Below, piece by piece: positions 11,035 through 22,740 of a stretch of 64,000 bases of DNA. The first letter of the stretch is position 1; each line of letters opens with the position of its first letter. The translations under genes and the position numbers were made by a program. The notes beneath the pieces were generated by a model. That model worked only from the letters and a program-made list of their open reading frames with translations. It did not search any database and had not been told where the DNA came from. Location of the stretch: assembly GCF_006345805.1 (NCBI RefSeq), contig NC_043006.1, positions 102,548,001 through 102,612,000 on the forward strand, read 5' to 3'. The stretch comes from Octopus sinensis (lineage: Eukaryota).

Positions 11035-13743
11035 AAAAATGATTTGTAACTTTCTCTGTTGTGAGTGCCAAATGAGGAAAGACTCTGATGGGTGTCAAGC
11101 TAGTATGAAACATTCAACGCTTGTTAGCAAGGAAAACAGGTAAAAAGATGATGGCAGTTGGTATACATATAAGCATACATAAATGCATTCACTCACTTAT
11201 TTACACACACACACACACACAGAGTTGCATATGTATTTTCAGGTTATTATAGTGTTAATGTAAACAATTCAGTTGGTGACTAAACCGGCATCTGCACTAG
11301 GCTTGCCTGGTGGGAAGGATTGCTAGAAACCCAGCAGGGCCGAAAAAACTAGACAAGTCAAAAGGATAGGACCTAGAGTAGGTTCAATGACAATCTAGCA
11401 ATGGCACACACACACACACACACATGGCTTTTGATGGTGTACCACATGGGTGGATTATCAAGGCTTTACAGTTAGCCAAGCCCCACAAGCACTAGTGAAT
11501 GCTAATTGAATGTCTGAGCAAGACTTGGTACACTGCTTTGCTCCTTAGGAGCAAATTGCGTCTGATAGCATTCACAATAAAAAAGAAAAAAGCATCTTTC
11601 AGGGTGATAGTCTGTGAGTGTGGTTCTTCGTCCTTTTATTAAATCCAGCATCATATCTGCTCACAAAGCACAGAAATGGATCCAGAAGTATCTCTCGTCT
11701 TTTCTTTGTTCTGACCTGAAGTCGTACGGGCCAAATATGAACCTCATAAAAAAAATTGAACCTCATTAACCAATTTTCTAAAGATATTGGAGTGAAACTT
11801 GGTGAGTCCAAATGTGCATTTTTGACAGTAAAACATGGAAAAGTTTCACCTGCCACTAAAACCTAAATAGGAATGGCTTGATAGTAGAACCGCTGGAATG
11901 ACTTCTTTACTACCAACCAATAAAAACCCATAGAACATCTAAAAATATTGAAACTTCTACAGGCAGTTGATAATTACAGGTATCTTGGACTGGATGAGAA
12001 TGACAGATATGATGGACCCATAAATAAGGAGAGGGCTAGGAATGAATACCTCAGGAGAGTAAAGAGAATATGGTTATCAGAACTCACAGCTTACAACAAC
12101 CACATTGCCCACAACACCTTTGCAGTGCTTGTCCTCATACCTGTGTTTGGCCTTCAACATCAGTGGAGATGTAGACAGGCAATACTTTCCATGCAAGAAT
12201 GGTGGCTGTAGTCTCAAATCTGTATTGATGTCATAATGACGCATGCATTGTGAAAGAGAAACAACATCTGCAGCAGAGGAAAGAGATCAATAACCATCTT
12301 GTTTAAGTTTGTGATCATGACATCAACAACATAATTAGGATAGCTAATGAATTTGAGGAGTGATATGAAATAAGAGCTGAAACAGGTCTCTCTTCAAAGA
12401 GTAATTAGTAAAATCTATTTATCAGAAGAGAAAAATAAAAAGTAATGAACCAGTTTACTGAGAAGATAGTACATGGGTACTTAGCATGAAAAACACAAAA
12501 CACAGAAGGAACTGATTCTGTCAAAAGCTTAGCACAGAGCAGCAACAAGTTTATGAGATCCCATTTTGAGGGCTACACCCATGCGGTTCAAGAACAAGAG
12601 ATCCCCACCAAGTATAAAAGGCAGAAAAAAAAAATGCATCTTGTGCAAGACCAAAACTGAAGACACCAATCACATCATTGCTGACTGCAAGCGACTGTCT
12701 TCCAGATATTATCGTTGCAAGGGGTCTGATGCAGTGGCCAGAACAATCAGTGACAGGATAACAATAAAGGAAACGCCTACAGATGAAGTTGTAGTTGTTT
12801 CTAATGAGACTGATGGCTCCAAAGAATATTGGCGGAACTTAAGAATTAAAACATCAAGTAACACACAAGCGGTGAGATATTGTTGTGTGGGACTACAAGG
12901 AAAATACCTATTTCTTTACTACCCACAAGGGGCTAAACACAGAGAGGACAAACAAGGACAGATAAAGGGATTAAGTCGATTATATCGACCCCAGTGCTTA
13001 ACTGGTACTTTATTTATCGACTCCGAAGGATGAAAGGCAAAGTCGACCTCGGCAGAATTTGAACTCAGAACGTAGCGACAGACGAAATACTGATAAGCAT
13101 TTCGCCCGGCGTGCTAACGTTTCTGCCAGCTACGAGGAAAATACCTGCTATGGAAATCAGCTGCCCTCTGGACATCAGTGTGGTTAGAAAAACACAAGAC
13201 AAGAGAAAGAGGACATCTATGGACCATTGATAAAGAGTTCACAAATTCAGTATCAAAGATATACTTTCAGTTTCACATCTATTATTATTGGAACAATTAT
13301 TGCTCCATCTGGAGCAAAGTAAATCTGAACTTGGGTTCTTGGGGAGAGAAACACAAATCCTAATCCATGTGCTACAAATGATTACAATATCTAGGACTAT
13401 AAAAATCTGCAAGAATTTCTGAATTAAAGGATGATGATCAAAACAAGATGCTTGGTGGCTGATGAAAATTTATTCTAAATTAAAAAAAGAAATAGAATGT
13501 AAGTACATAAGTATGTATGGACTTACAGACATTTACCTTGACTAAATGGCCAACAAGACTTCTCAAGATGTTTTCTTTGTGTTCTGAGACTGCAGAGATA
13601 TAGGCATCAGTGATTCGTAAACTCTTGGAGTCAAATACACAGAAGTGATAGTTGTAGAGGAGATAGCCAACCAATGGAATGTTGTTGTCACCTGTAATGA
13701 GACATCAAAGTTATTAACAAGAATATTTTTGTTTTTCCTCACC

Positions 13744-13782
<39 letters not shown>

Positions 13783-16700
13783 ATGATGTAATAGAGTTGT
13801 CGCTGCTTAGTTATGTATTTAGGAGGGGTTGTAATTGACTTATGGAATTTATTTATCGATACGGTTGTACATTGGGTAAACGTATTTACAAGTTGTGGCT
13901 TCTTTGGTTTGTTTGTTCCCAAGCAACACTTATTTGATGGCAAAAATAAAGGGAGAAAGGTGTGGGGTGGAGAGTAGCTTTAAGTATCTTGGCCTTGATC
14001 AATATGTATGACAGAGAAACCTAGAAATTTGATATTGTGTACTGAGACTTCAAAAAATAGATACGTAGACGATATGGAAGTATTTCTGGCGAGTGACAAA
14101 ACACTGAATGGTTAGAGGGATGATTACTCATGGAATGATACCTTTAAACCTATAAACTATTGAAATGAACAGAAGGGTAAAAAAGTAAGGTAAAGTTACC
14201 TTCTCAAGTCAAACTGGGTCATAAGGGCCGGTTTCCTGGTTTCATGAATATATATTCCCCACATGGATGGAACGCCGGTCTGTTACAGGATTCCTCATTT
14301 TTGCCAGCTGAGTGGACTGGAGCAACAGCACAACATGTTGCTCGGTCCAGGAATTGAAACCACAATCTTTTGATCATGAGTCCAAAACCCTAATCACTAA
14401 GCCCCACGACTCTCTTTCTCAACACAGAAGCATCTTCTATCGTCTTAATGCATCTCTCCTATTGTATTATCCTAAACAATTGACCATCACCCATTGTCCC
14501 TGTCTGGACTTAGGTGTATCAGCTCAGCCTGAATAGAGGAGCATCTCCTATTATCTTTGTTTCAACAGAGGAATATCTCCTACTGTTCCTGTCTGGGTAG
14601 AAGAGTATCTCCCAATACAGGAGTACCTTCTATTGACACAGTCTGGATAGAAGAGTATTTCCTATGGTCTGAATACAGGAGTACCTCCAAATATTTTTGT
14701 TTAAACAGGAGAATTTCTCAACATCAATATTTGGTGGGCTTAGTATGCATTGCTTTTGTTTGAAGAAATGACCGCCCATGCCAAACCTTCAGTGAAAACC
14801 CATTTGTAATGAGGAGCATCACCTATAATATTTGTTTGAACAATAAGAAACCAGCATTAAATGCCATTACTATAGACACTTATGGTTTATATGTAAAAAA
14901 ACAAAAAAACTGGCTTCTGCAACAGAAGATGCAAAAAATATTTAAGAAAGTTTTTCAGTAACACTTACGTTTAGCAGAATCTTTATCATTCATTTCAGCA
15001 ATGAGGATATTAAAAGAGTTCTCACCATCAAAGCAGTGGGTTTTTAGCTCTAAAGTACAGTAGATATAAAAATACAACCATTAGCTTGTTTCTTCACCAT
15101 CTACCATAACTGTAAATTGTGAGAAACTGAATTGTTGAGAGAAAGAAAGGTTTGTAGTTTAACATCTGAAAACTATATTTTTGGATAAAAGGTTTGTTGT
15201 CACCTCATATCTTATTCAGCTTTGTGTTTAGGAACTAAAAGAAATTTGAGAAGTTAATAGAGAACTCCAGACATTTTTTAACTAATGAAAAAATTTGATA
15301 TAGCATTTGTTAACAAATAGACAGTGGTTTGGTATAAACTTCCTTAATTCTTTAGCATTCAGATTTCTTTGTTAAATGTAATGTTTATTTATTTAAATTA
15401 TTTTGAATTAATCATGCATTTTCAAGTAGCTTCAGGATTTCAAAGGTGTGTTTGTATATTTTTAGAATGACATTGTAGGGTGGGTGTGAGAGGTTAAATC
15501 TGATCAGTTTTAACATAAAATAGGTAGAATATTTGGGCTGGATATGGCCGGATTAAAAAGCACCAATCATAAGGAAATCTTTTACAGAGTAAATTAGGAA
15601 ATTTAGTTGAACTAATAAAACAGCATCCCACATGGTCACTGAAATGACGACTGACTGTTACATTCTTTGGCATGTTCTTGTTTTCACTTTAGAGAAATAA
15701 AATGGACAGATCTGTAGTCAAAGAACGGTGGAACAGTTTACAGTAATGCTTATTAGAACCGTTACCTGGGTAAATAATAGTTGTACTCAGTCTCAAGTAG
15801 AGCCATTATTTATCTGACCAAGGTGGGGGGGGGGTGTTTGTGCAAAATAATTTTGCACCAGATGAAATCAAATGAAATATAACAGAATACACAGTTAAGG
15901 GTTTCAAACCAAAACAGAACAAAACAGAATAGAACATAGTTCATTTATTACACTGGATCTCTGAGGCAAAGAGAAAAACAATGAAAACTATTGTTTTTCT
16001 CTTCGCTTTCATAAAAAAGTATGGGATCTTTTCGGTTTGAACGGCAGTTTTTCTAGCGGTATCATATGAAATTGTCACCCATAATTATGACCCTAGAATT
16101 GATCTATTGCATTTCAATCTGTTTTAGGGTTAAGGTTAGGGCTGGGGGAAGGGTATCTTTTTTTCTTCAGAAATGTAAATAAACCCAATCTGTTTCTTAA
16201 ACGAGGGACATATTCATATGGCACAGAATGTTTTTTAACTCAATAGACGTCACTGATTGGTTGAAATTGCAGAAATTGAAGAAAAAAAAACAACAAATAT
16301 CTTACAAACTATAGAATTCTCTCAATAAAGCCAAGAGAAAAAGATGTTTTATAAACACATTCTACCAGTATACGAAGTTTAAAATTTTTTAGTTACCTAG
16401 AAATTATGTTAAAAACTGCCGTTCAAACCGAAAAGATCCAAAGTATGTTTACCATCATGGAGATTCTTATAGTAGTAGAAAAGGAATTTTTAACTCTTTT
16501 TTTCTAATTCCAGTATGTGATGAAGCAGTTAGCGGAACCCTAATTATAATTATGTATATGTATTTGATTGAATGATCAATGTTAACTAATAAGTGTCATA
16601 CTTATGACTTAGATGAATGATTAGTGTTAGCTCAAAGTGTCACAAAAAAACTATGATTAGTATTAGCATCTGTGTCATAGGCATGACATAAATGCTAACT

Positions 16701-17190
16701 GTAAATAGGTGAATGATCACTGTTAGCTTTATAGATGAAAGATTAGTGTCAGCTGCATTTTCTACATATAACATGCTCAATGCTCAAAGAGTCACCCCCA
16801 AGTGTCAAAACTGTACAGGACTGAATAATTTGAGTTAAACCTTAGGTGTTATTTCCTAGTCATAATTCAAGACTGAGAGTAAATTAAAAAAAAAATCTAC
16901 ATCATTTGCTAGGTTTTAGACAAACTTGAACATCATAGGTGTAGGCATGGCTGTGTGGTAAGAAGTTTGCTTCTTAATCAGGGGTTCTTGGTTCAGTTCC
17001 ACTGCATGACACCTTGTGCAAGTGTCTTCTCCTATAGCCCTGGGCTGACCAAAACCTTGTGTGTGAATTTGGTAGATGGAACCTGAAAGAAGCCTGTCAT
17101 ATATACATACATATATATACACACACACATACATGTGTATATGTGTGTGTGTTTGTGTGTGTGTGTGAGTGTGTGTGTGTGTGTGTGCTT

Positions 17191-17232
<42 letters not shown>

Positions 17233-19170
17233 TGTGTGTGTATGTCTGCTTGACAAGTGGTACGAATGTGTTTACATCCCCGTAACTTAGCAGTTTGGTA
17301 AAAGCAACCGATAGAATAAGTACCAGCCTTTGACAGACATTAAAAAAGTCATGAGATCAATTCATTCGACTAAAAAAAAATTCTTTAAGGTGGTACTCCA
17401 GCATGGCCGCAGTCAAACGACTGAAACATGTAAAAGATATAAGATTATAAATGGTAGCCAAATTAGATTTGCGGTTGGCTTGTGACTTCTTTGCTGATTA
17501 CAAAGAAACATCACACAGGTAAGACCAAGTTTACCTGACTTGGAACAATAGACGTATCTTACAGTAAAACTTTCAGATCAGTGGTTCCTAACCCTTTTAT
17601 TTAAACGACTTTTCCCATGGAGCCCTTTTAATATGCTTATCCTTATCTATTATATAAAATCCGTTCTGTCTGTCTTCTAGGATCTCGGGCATTCTCCATC
17701 CGACTGTGCTCAAATTTGGTATGTAGATACCGACAGTATCAAAGCATGTATAAGTCTTGAAAAAATTACAAAAATCGATTCCAGGTGAGAATGCGATCGA
17801 TAAAGTTAATAAAATCATTTTTCTTTGGAATAGGAAAAAGGCTATCTTTAATCACTGTTTCTTAAAGGGGAGGCCTATGGGACGGTCGGACAAGTTGTTT
17901 TGAGAAAATTTGGTTTAAATGTTTGACAACTCAGCACCGTCCATTGGACGGATGGAGGGGAGGGGGGCGTTTGCTCATGTGTGTGTGTGTGTATATATAT
18001 ATATATGAAATTTTGAATTTAGTCCACAGATCCCCAGCACTAATTTTGCAGGCCACCAGGGGCCTGTGGACCCCAGGTTGGGAACCACTGAACTAGATGC
18101 TTTTGCTTAACCTGTTAAAAATCCATGTCTCACATGCATTTTTCTCATAGAGTAACTTCTCAATGTTATTGAAAATTTAGCAAGCAGCCCAATATAATAT
18201 TAAAATTCAAAGATGTGGAACTTCAGTGTTGTTTGACACTTGAACCCTTTAACATTCAGATTAGTCTGTCAAATGCAATGCTTGTCTATTCATGTCAGTT
18301 TGAATAAATCATGCGTTATCTCATAGCTTCAAAATTTTGATATGATTGTGTATTTTTAGAATGACACTATAGGGTAAGACGTGAGAAGCCAGATTTGTCT
18401 GGTTTGAGTGTAAAACAGGTAGAATATTTGGGTTGAACATGGCCGTTTAAAATAACTTACCATCAACAGAAGGTGCTTTTCTCTTCTTTCCAGTCTGCTC
18501 TTGTTCCTTATATTAACAAGAAAAAAATTCTACTTAAAAACATTATGAACATTATCATTCATACAATCTATCACATATATATATATATATATATATAATA
18601 CAAATAAGAAAATGGAGAAACAAATTTAGTTTGTTCATCAACTTTCAGATATTAGAATGTTGGATTATTTATTTATTTAACAAAATGAGGACCTTTAAAT
18701 CACTCCCATACATATCAACCCACAACCCCAGAAACAATGAAGCCTACAACACAATTATACAAAATCTCCCTCTGCTCACTCAAGACCCGAAAATGAACAA
18801 CATCCTAAATACACATAAACTCCTCAAAGGCAAAAGAGGACACAGATCACTTAAGAGACTCCTAACAAATGCAAAACTATATTCAACACACATGATATCA
18901 ACAGTTAAAAAATGCAGACGACCCAATTGTGGTACATGCCCATACCTAACTGAAGGCTCAGAAGTCCCATTCCAGCAAGGAGAAAAATTCTCAATTAAGA
19001 CCAACTTCATATATGCTTCCCATTATATCTCCTCCACTCTCTCTCTTGGAGAGGCACAAGCACCTACACACACACATACACACACGGCAGTAACTTCCGC
19101 CTACCAAATTCAATCACAAAGCTTCGGTCGGCCCGGGGCTATAGCAGGAGACACTTGCCCAAGGCGTCAC

Positions 19171-19205
<35 letters not shown>

Positions 19206-21018
19206 TATAAAATTGAACAAAAACATAACAGAGGACAATAGAACATTCGGACAGACAAATGATACAACGGCAGACAGGAGAAACAACAATTAGAATGACA
19301 AGGGGGGGGGGGAAGACGGGTCATTCGTGGCCTTCTTTCTTCAGTCAAGTTACCAGATGTCCTTACTGTTTCGGGCAGTTACACTTGAGACAGTTGATCT
19401 GGCTGCCCCCCCCCCAAAAGTCTAAGCTAAGAGCATTAAATTTTTTGTAAGAAATCTAGCGAATGTGTACAGCAACAAATACAAAAAACAGAGAATATGG
19501 TACACAATTACAAATACAAACAACAAGAATATAATAACAGGTGTCTTTCTACTGAGAATGAATCAAATTGAGCTGTTGTAGGAACATAGGAGATAGACAT
19601 AAGAGATGGACATTGCAAGCTTCTTGCAATACAGCCAAGCTTATTGGCCACATCAGCACAAACGGCCAAAAGTTTATAGAAGCTGGTTCAAAATAACAGA
19701 ACCATTGGACCAGTTTGAATAAACTACTGCCTTCTGCGTTTGTACGATGCAGTTAAAGGGAAGAAATTATTGAAATTCGTCATTACTTATTTTACCCCAT
19801 TTTAGATATCATTGTTTGAAATTATCAAATTATCAAATTAGACATTAGTGTGGGGAAAAAATTGACTTGGAAACCAACAGAGTAAAGAATATTGATTGTT
19901 AAACACCAAAGGTTATCCAGATATTTAATTAGCAGCCTCAATTACAGTCGGGGGATCTTTTCAGTTTGACCGGCAGTTTTTAAAAATAATTTCCACGTAA
20001 CTAAACACTTTTACTCCTAAATATAATGTAATAATACAAAATAATTTCAAACAGACGCAGGAGTGGCTGTGCGGTAAGTAGCTTGCTAACCAACCACATG
20101 GTTCCGGGTTCAGTGCCACTGCGTGGCATCTTGGGCAAGTGTCTTCTGCTATAGCCCCAGGCCGAACAATGCCTTGTGAGTGGATTTGGTAGACGGAAAC
20201 TGAAAGAAGCCTGTCGTATATATGTATGTATGTGTGTGTGTCTATGTTTGTCCCCCTAGCATTGCTTGACAACCGATGCTGGTGTGTTTACGTCCCCGTA
20301 ACTTAGCGGTTCGGCAAAATAGACCGATAGAATAAGTAATAGGCTTACAAAGAATAAGTCCTGGGGTCGATTTGCTCGATTAAAGGCGGTGCTCCAGCAT
20401 GGCCGCAGTCAAATAACCGAAAGAAGCAAAAGAGTAAAAGAGCAAAAAGTAAAGAGGTAGAAAAAAAATAACGAAAATTCAGAAATTACTAATTTTGCCC
20501 CACCACCTGCACACACACACACATACACACACACACATATGTATGCTAAGCCAAATAGTGAAATTAATACGCGCAGGGTAAACAGGCTCAGCGGAATGTT
20601 AATCTACGGCAGTCGTGATTTTTAACAAGTACAAAACATTTAATGATTATATATTTCTTTATTGCCCACAAGGGGCCAAACATAGAGGGGACAAACAAGG
20701 ACAAACAAAGGGATAAAGTCGATTACATCGATCCAGTGCGAAACCGGTACTTTATTTATCGACTCCCGAAAGGATGAAAGGCTAAGTCGACCTCGGCGGA
20801 ATTTGAACTCAGAACGTAACGACAGAATAATCACTATCGCGCGCATGTGCGTGTGAGAGAGAGAGAGAGAGAGAACTTTTTCGGGTTTGTACATTTGTGC
20901 CGATGTGAGAGTGATGGGGGAAACGGCTGTTATAAGAATAAAATACCTGCAGAAGGTGGACAATGTCTTCACAGTCAGAAACGGTCGCATGCCTTATTTT
21001 GTGTAATAACAACGCCAT
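10646..21018 (-). CDS. SAT2-like: Spliced 5-exon gene: divergent diamine (spermidine/spermine) N1-acetyltransferase-like GNAT protein, 173 aa
   Basis: join(21018-20947,18506-18461,15049-14969,13691-13537,10813-10646) = 72+46+81+155+168 = 522 bp, open from ATG to TAA, all introns GT..AG. Protein: MALLLHKIRHATVSDCEDIVHLLQEQEQTGKKRKAPSVDELKTHCFDGENSFNILIAEMNDKDSAKRDNNIPLVGYLLYNYHFCVFDSKSLRITDAYISAVSEHKENILRSLVGHLVKMSVQEECDHIRWTVGNNNYLENITKYFEAFNMSNDDGWFFFKLGKSQMDVINKGS. It matches recalled SAT1/SAT2 motifs: IRxATxxDCxDI, F..LxAE, VGY..Y, and C-terminal A..xS.(D/E)(D/E)GW..F. Orthology to SAT1 versus SAT2 is not determinable. Confidence 0.85.
11420..13470 (+). mobile_element. Decayed R4/Dong-type LINE, family C, in intron 4 of the SAT-like gene (antisense)
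   Basis: AFDGVPHGWII, IFQGDSL, FSKDIGVKLGESKCA, YRYLGLDE, CILCKTKTEDTNHIIADC; interrupted by a SINE at 12910-13129. Confidence 0.85.
12910..13129 (-). mobile_element. tRNA-derived SINE family A (Meta/MESC-like core) with 17-bp TSD
   Basis: Flanks ctacaaggaaaatacct (12893-12909) and ctacgaggaaaatacct (13130-13146); GAGTTCAAATTC B-box on the minus strand; core gcctttcatccttcggagtcgataaat..agtaccagtt. Confidence 0.9.
13537..13691 (-). CDS. SAT-like gene coding exon 4 (155 bp)
   Basis: Acceptor tgtctcattacAG, donor AAG|GTAAAT; overlaps ORF 13480..13674; PLVGYLLYNYHF..LRITDAYI corresponds to SIVGFAMYYFTY..LYLEDFFV. Confidence 0.88.
14969..15049 (-). CDS. SAT-like gene coding exon 3 (81 bp, ELKTHCFDGENSFNILIAEMNDKDSAKR)
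   Basis: Acceptor tatatctactgtactttAG, donor AAC|GTAAGT; phase 1 to 1; resembles DLLEDGFGEHPFYHCLVAE of SAT1. Confidence 0.85.
15340..15560 (+). repeat. Dispersed repeat (second copy at 18241-18450), possibly a TTAA-type MITE
   Basis: Shared ctttagcattcagatt..atttttagaatgaca..ggtagaatatttggg..atggccg. Confidence 0.55.
16024..16439. mobile_element. MITE with about 27-bp GG-initiated TIRs and 8-bp TSD (Merlin-like)
   Basis: TIR ggatcttttcggtttgaacggcagttttt / aaaaactgccgttcaaaccgaaaagatcc; TSD aaagtatg on both sides. Confidence 0.9.
17579..18090. mobile_element. hAT (Charlie-like) MITE with a nested probable Helitron 5' fragment (about 17646-17830)
   Basis: TIR CAGTGGTTCCTAACC / GGTTGGGAACCACTG; TSD only partly conserved; internal TCtattatataaaatc start. 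Confidence 0.65.
18461..18506 (-). CDS. SAT-like gene coding exon 2 (46 bp, EQEQTGKKRKAPSVD)
   Basis: Acceptor ttttttcttgttaatataAG, donor ATG|GTAAGT; phase 0 to 1 fits both flanking exons. Confidence 0.82.
18690..19450 (+). mobile_element. Penelope-like element fragment (linker and start of GIY-YIG), interrupted by a SINE piece and a (TA)n tract
   Basis: LPYISTHNP..SLKRLLTNAKL..KKCRRPNCGTCPYL..EKFSIKTNF in ORF 18631..19293. Confidence 0.8.
20947..21018 (-). CDS. SAT-like gene coding exon 1 (MALLLHKIRHATVSDCEDIVHLLQ)
   Basis: ATG at 21018; donor CAG|GTATTT, phase 0; resembles SAT N-terminus [22 protein letters not shown]. Confidence 0.88.
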
Positions 21019-21278
21019 TCTGTTTATACGATCCACGTGCGAAACGGCGCCTCGAAAAGGAGGAGGAAACCTCCGATTAAATAGGTCAAGTGATTCTCGG
21101 GGCGAAAGGGTGTTGCGAGAACTGAAAATGGGAAGATAATTCGTCTGCTTTAAAATGTGTCTTTATGGATTTGTGTTGACGAAGTCATTAAGAGTTATCT
21201 CCCTCTTTCATTTTTTCTTTTACGATTAGCTTCATGACGTAATTACGAGGGAAAGTTAGTAATGCAGTTTTTTATTTA

Positions 21279-22740
21279 TTAGGTCATCCCATAAGTTCTG
21301 TCCGATTTTACCTTTTTTTGAAATTGAATGAAATTTAAAAGTATTTTAGAATGTCTAATAGAATTATTTTTATGCATTTGTGTACATTTAAACTAATTAA
21401 ATATTATTTTACAGAATAATAGAATTAAACACACTCACCGGTAAAATATAAATAAGAAATAAGTGGAAATTTTACCGGTGAGTGGGTTAAATCATAAGGC
21501 ACAAAAAGAAAATGACTCTCCCCAAACACAACAGAATATGCTTCAACACATGAACTCATATAAAGAATCTTGCAAACCAAATCCAAAAACGAAAAATAGA
21601 ATTAAAATTTCTTTGATTAAACACCTTTCTGAAATGAAAGTATCCAAAGAGCATTTAAGGCACATAATGCTTTATGAGTACAAAAAAGGAAACTCTGCAG
21701 CCGGAACGACTCGAAACATACACTCAGTTTATGGGAAAGAATGCTTGAATGAAAGGACTTGCAGAAGATGGCTTGCAAAATTTAGAAGTGGAGATTTCAG
21801 CCTTGAAGATGAAGATCAAACAGGACGTCCAGTTGAATTTGATGATAAGTTCCTTGAGGAAGAAAATCCTGCATTATCAGTTGAAGAATTGATAATAAAG
21901 ATTAGTTCAAACCATACAACTGTTCATCTTCATCTTCAACAACTTGGAAAAGTTCCTAAACTTGGAAAATGGGTACCTCATGAATTGTCCGAAAGCAACC
22001 ACAAATCCCGAGTTAACATCTGCTCTTCTCTCCATTCCCGCGAACTCATTTCATCTTTTTTGGACAGACTTGTGACTGGTGATGAAAAATGGAGTTTCTA
22101 TTGAAATGTTAAACGTCGTAAACTGGCTTGGTAAAAGGGAAAAAGCTCAACCACAACCGAGAAGGGAACTTCATGGGGAAAAAAGGTTCTTCTCTCTATC
22201 TAGTAGGATTGCAAAAGAGTAATTCCCTTTGAATTGTTACCACCTAATGCAACAATCAATGCTCAAGTCTACTGTCAGCAATATGGATATGGACTTATAT
22301 CAGCAATTAGAGCGTTTGAACCAAGCTTTGAATAAAAAAAAAAAGACCCGTTTTAGGGAATCGAAAAGGAGTGATGTTTCATCTGGACAATGCGCGACCC
22401 CATCACTGAAGATCGAAGAGCTTGGCTGGGAAAAATTCCTCATCCACCTTATTCTCCCGAACTTGCTCCTTCAGACTACCATTCATTTCTTAGTTTACAG
22501 AATTATTTGGGGGACATAGCTTTCGCAAGCCAGGAGGAGGTCGAAACTGACATTTCGGCGTTCTTCGCTTTGAAACCAAAAGAGTTTTACATTGATGGGA
22601 TTAAAAAGCTTGTAAATAGATGGAAGGAAGTCATAGATAATCAGGGAAAGTACATTGATGATTAAATTTCAATTAAATATAACATTTGATCACTTGTTTT
22701 CTTTATTCAAAATTCGGACAGAAATTATGGGATGACCTGA
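21279..22740 (+). mobile_element. Full-length mariner (D,D34D) element with pseudogenised transposase (21634-22665)
   Basis: About 28-bp TIR t(t/c)aggtcatcccataa..tctgtccga.ttt, TA flanks at 21277-78 and 22741-42; WVPHEL, TGDEKW, DNARP, YSPELAPSDY motifs; stops and frameshifts. Confidence 0.95.

Noticed and set aside
14520-14830. CRISPR-like spacing of palindromic repeats
   Set aside because: Eukaryotic intron, highly degenerate repeats, no unique spacers of constant length, no cas genes
17458-17518. Plus-strand exon candidate (KLDLRLACDFFADYKETSHR, donor CAG|GTAAGA)
   Set aside because: No polypyrimidine tract and no compatible partner exons
19340-19410. Third hammerhead on the minus strand (..actgcccGAAACagta..) beside the Penelope fragment
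   Set aside because: No CUGANGA box remains; at most a decayed relic
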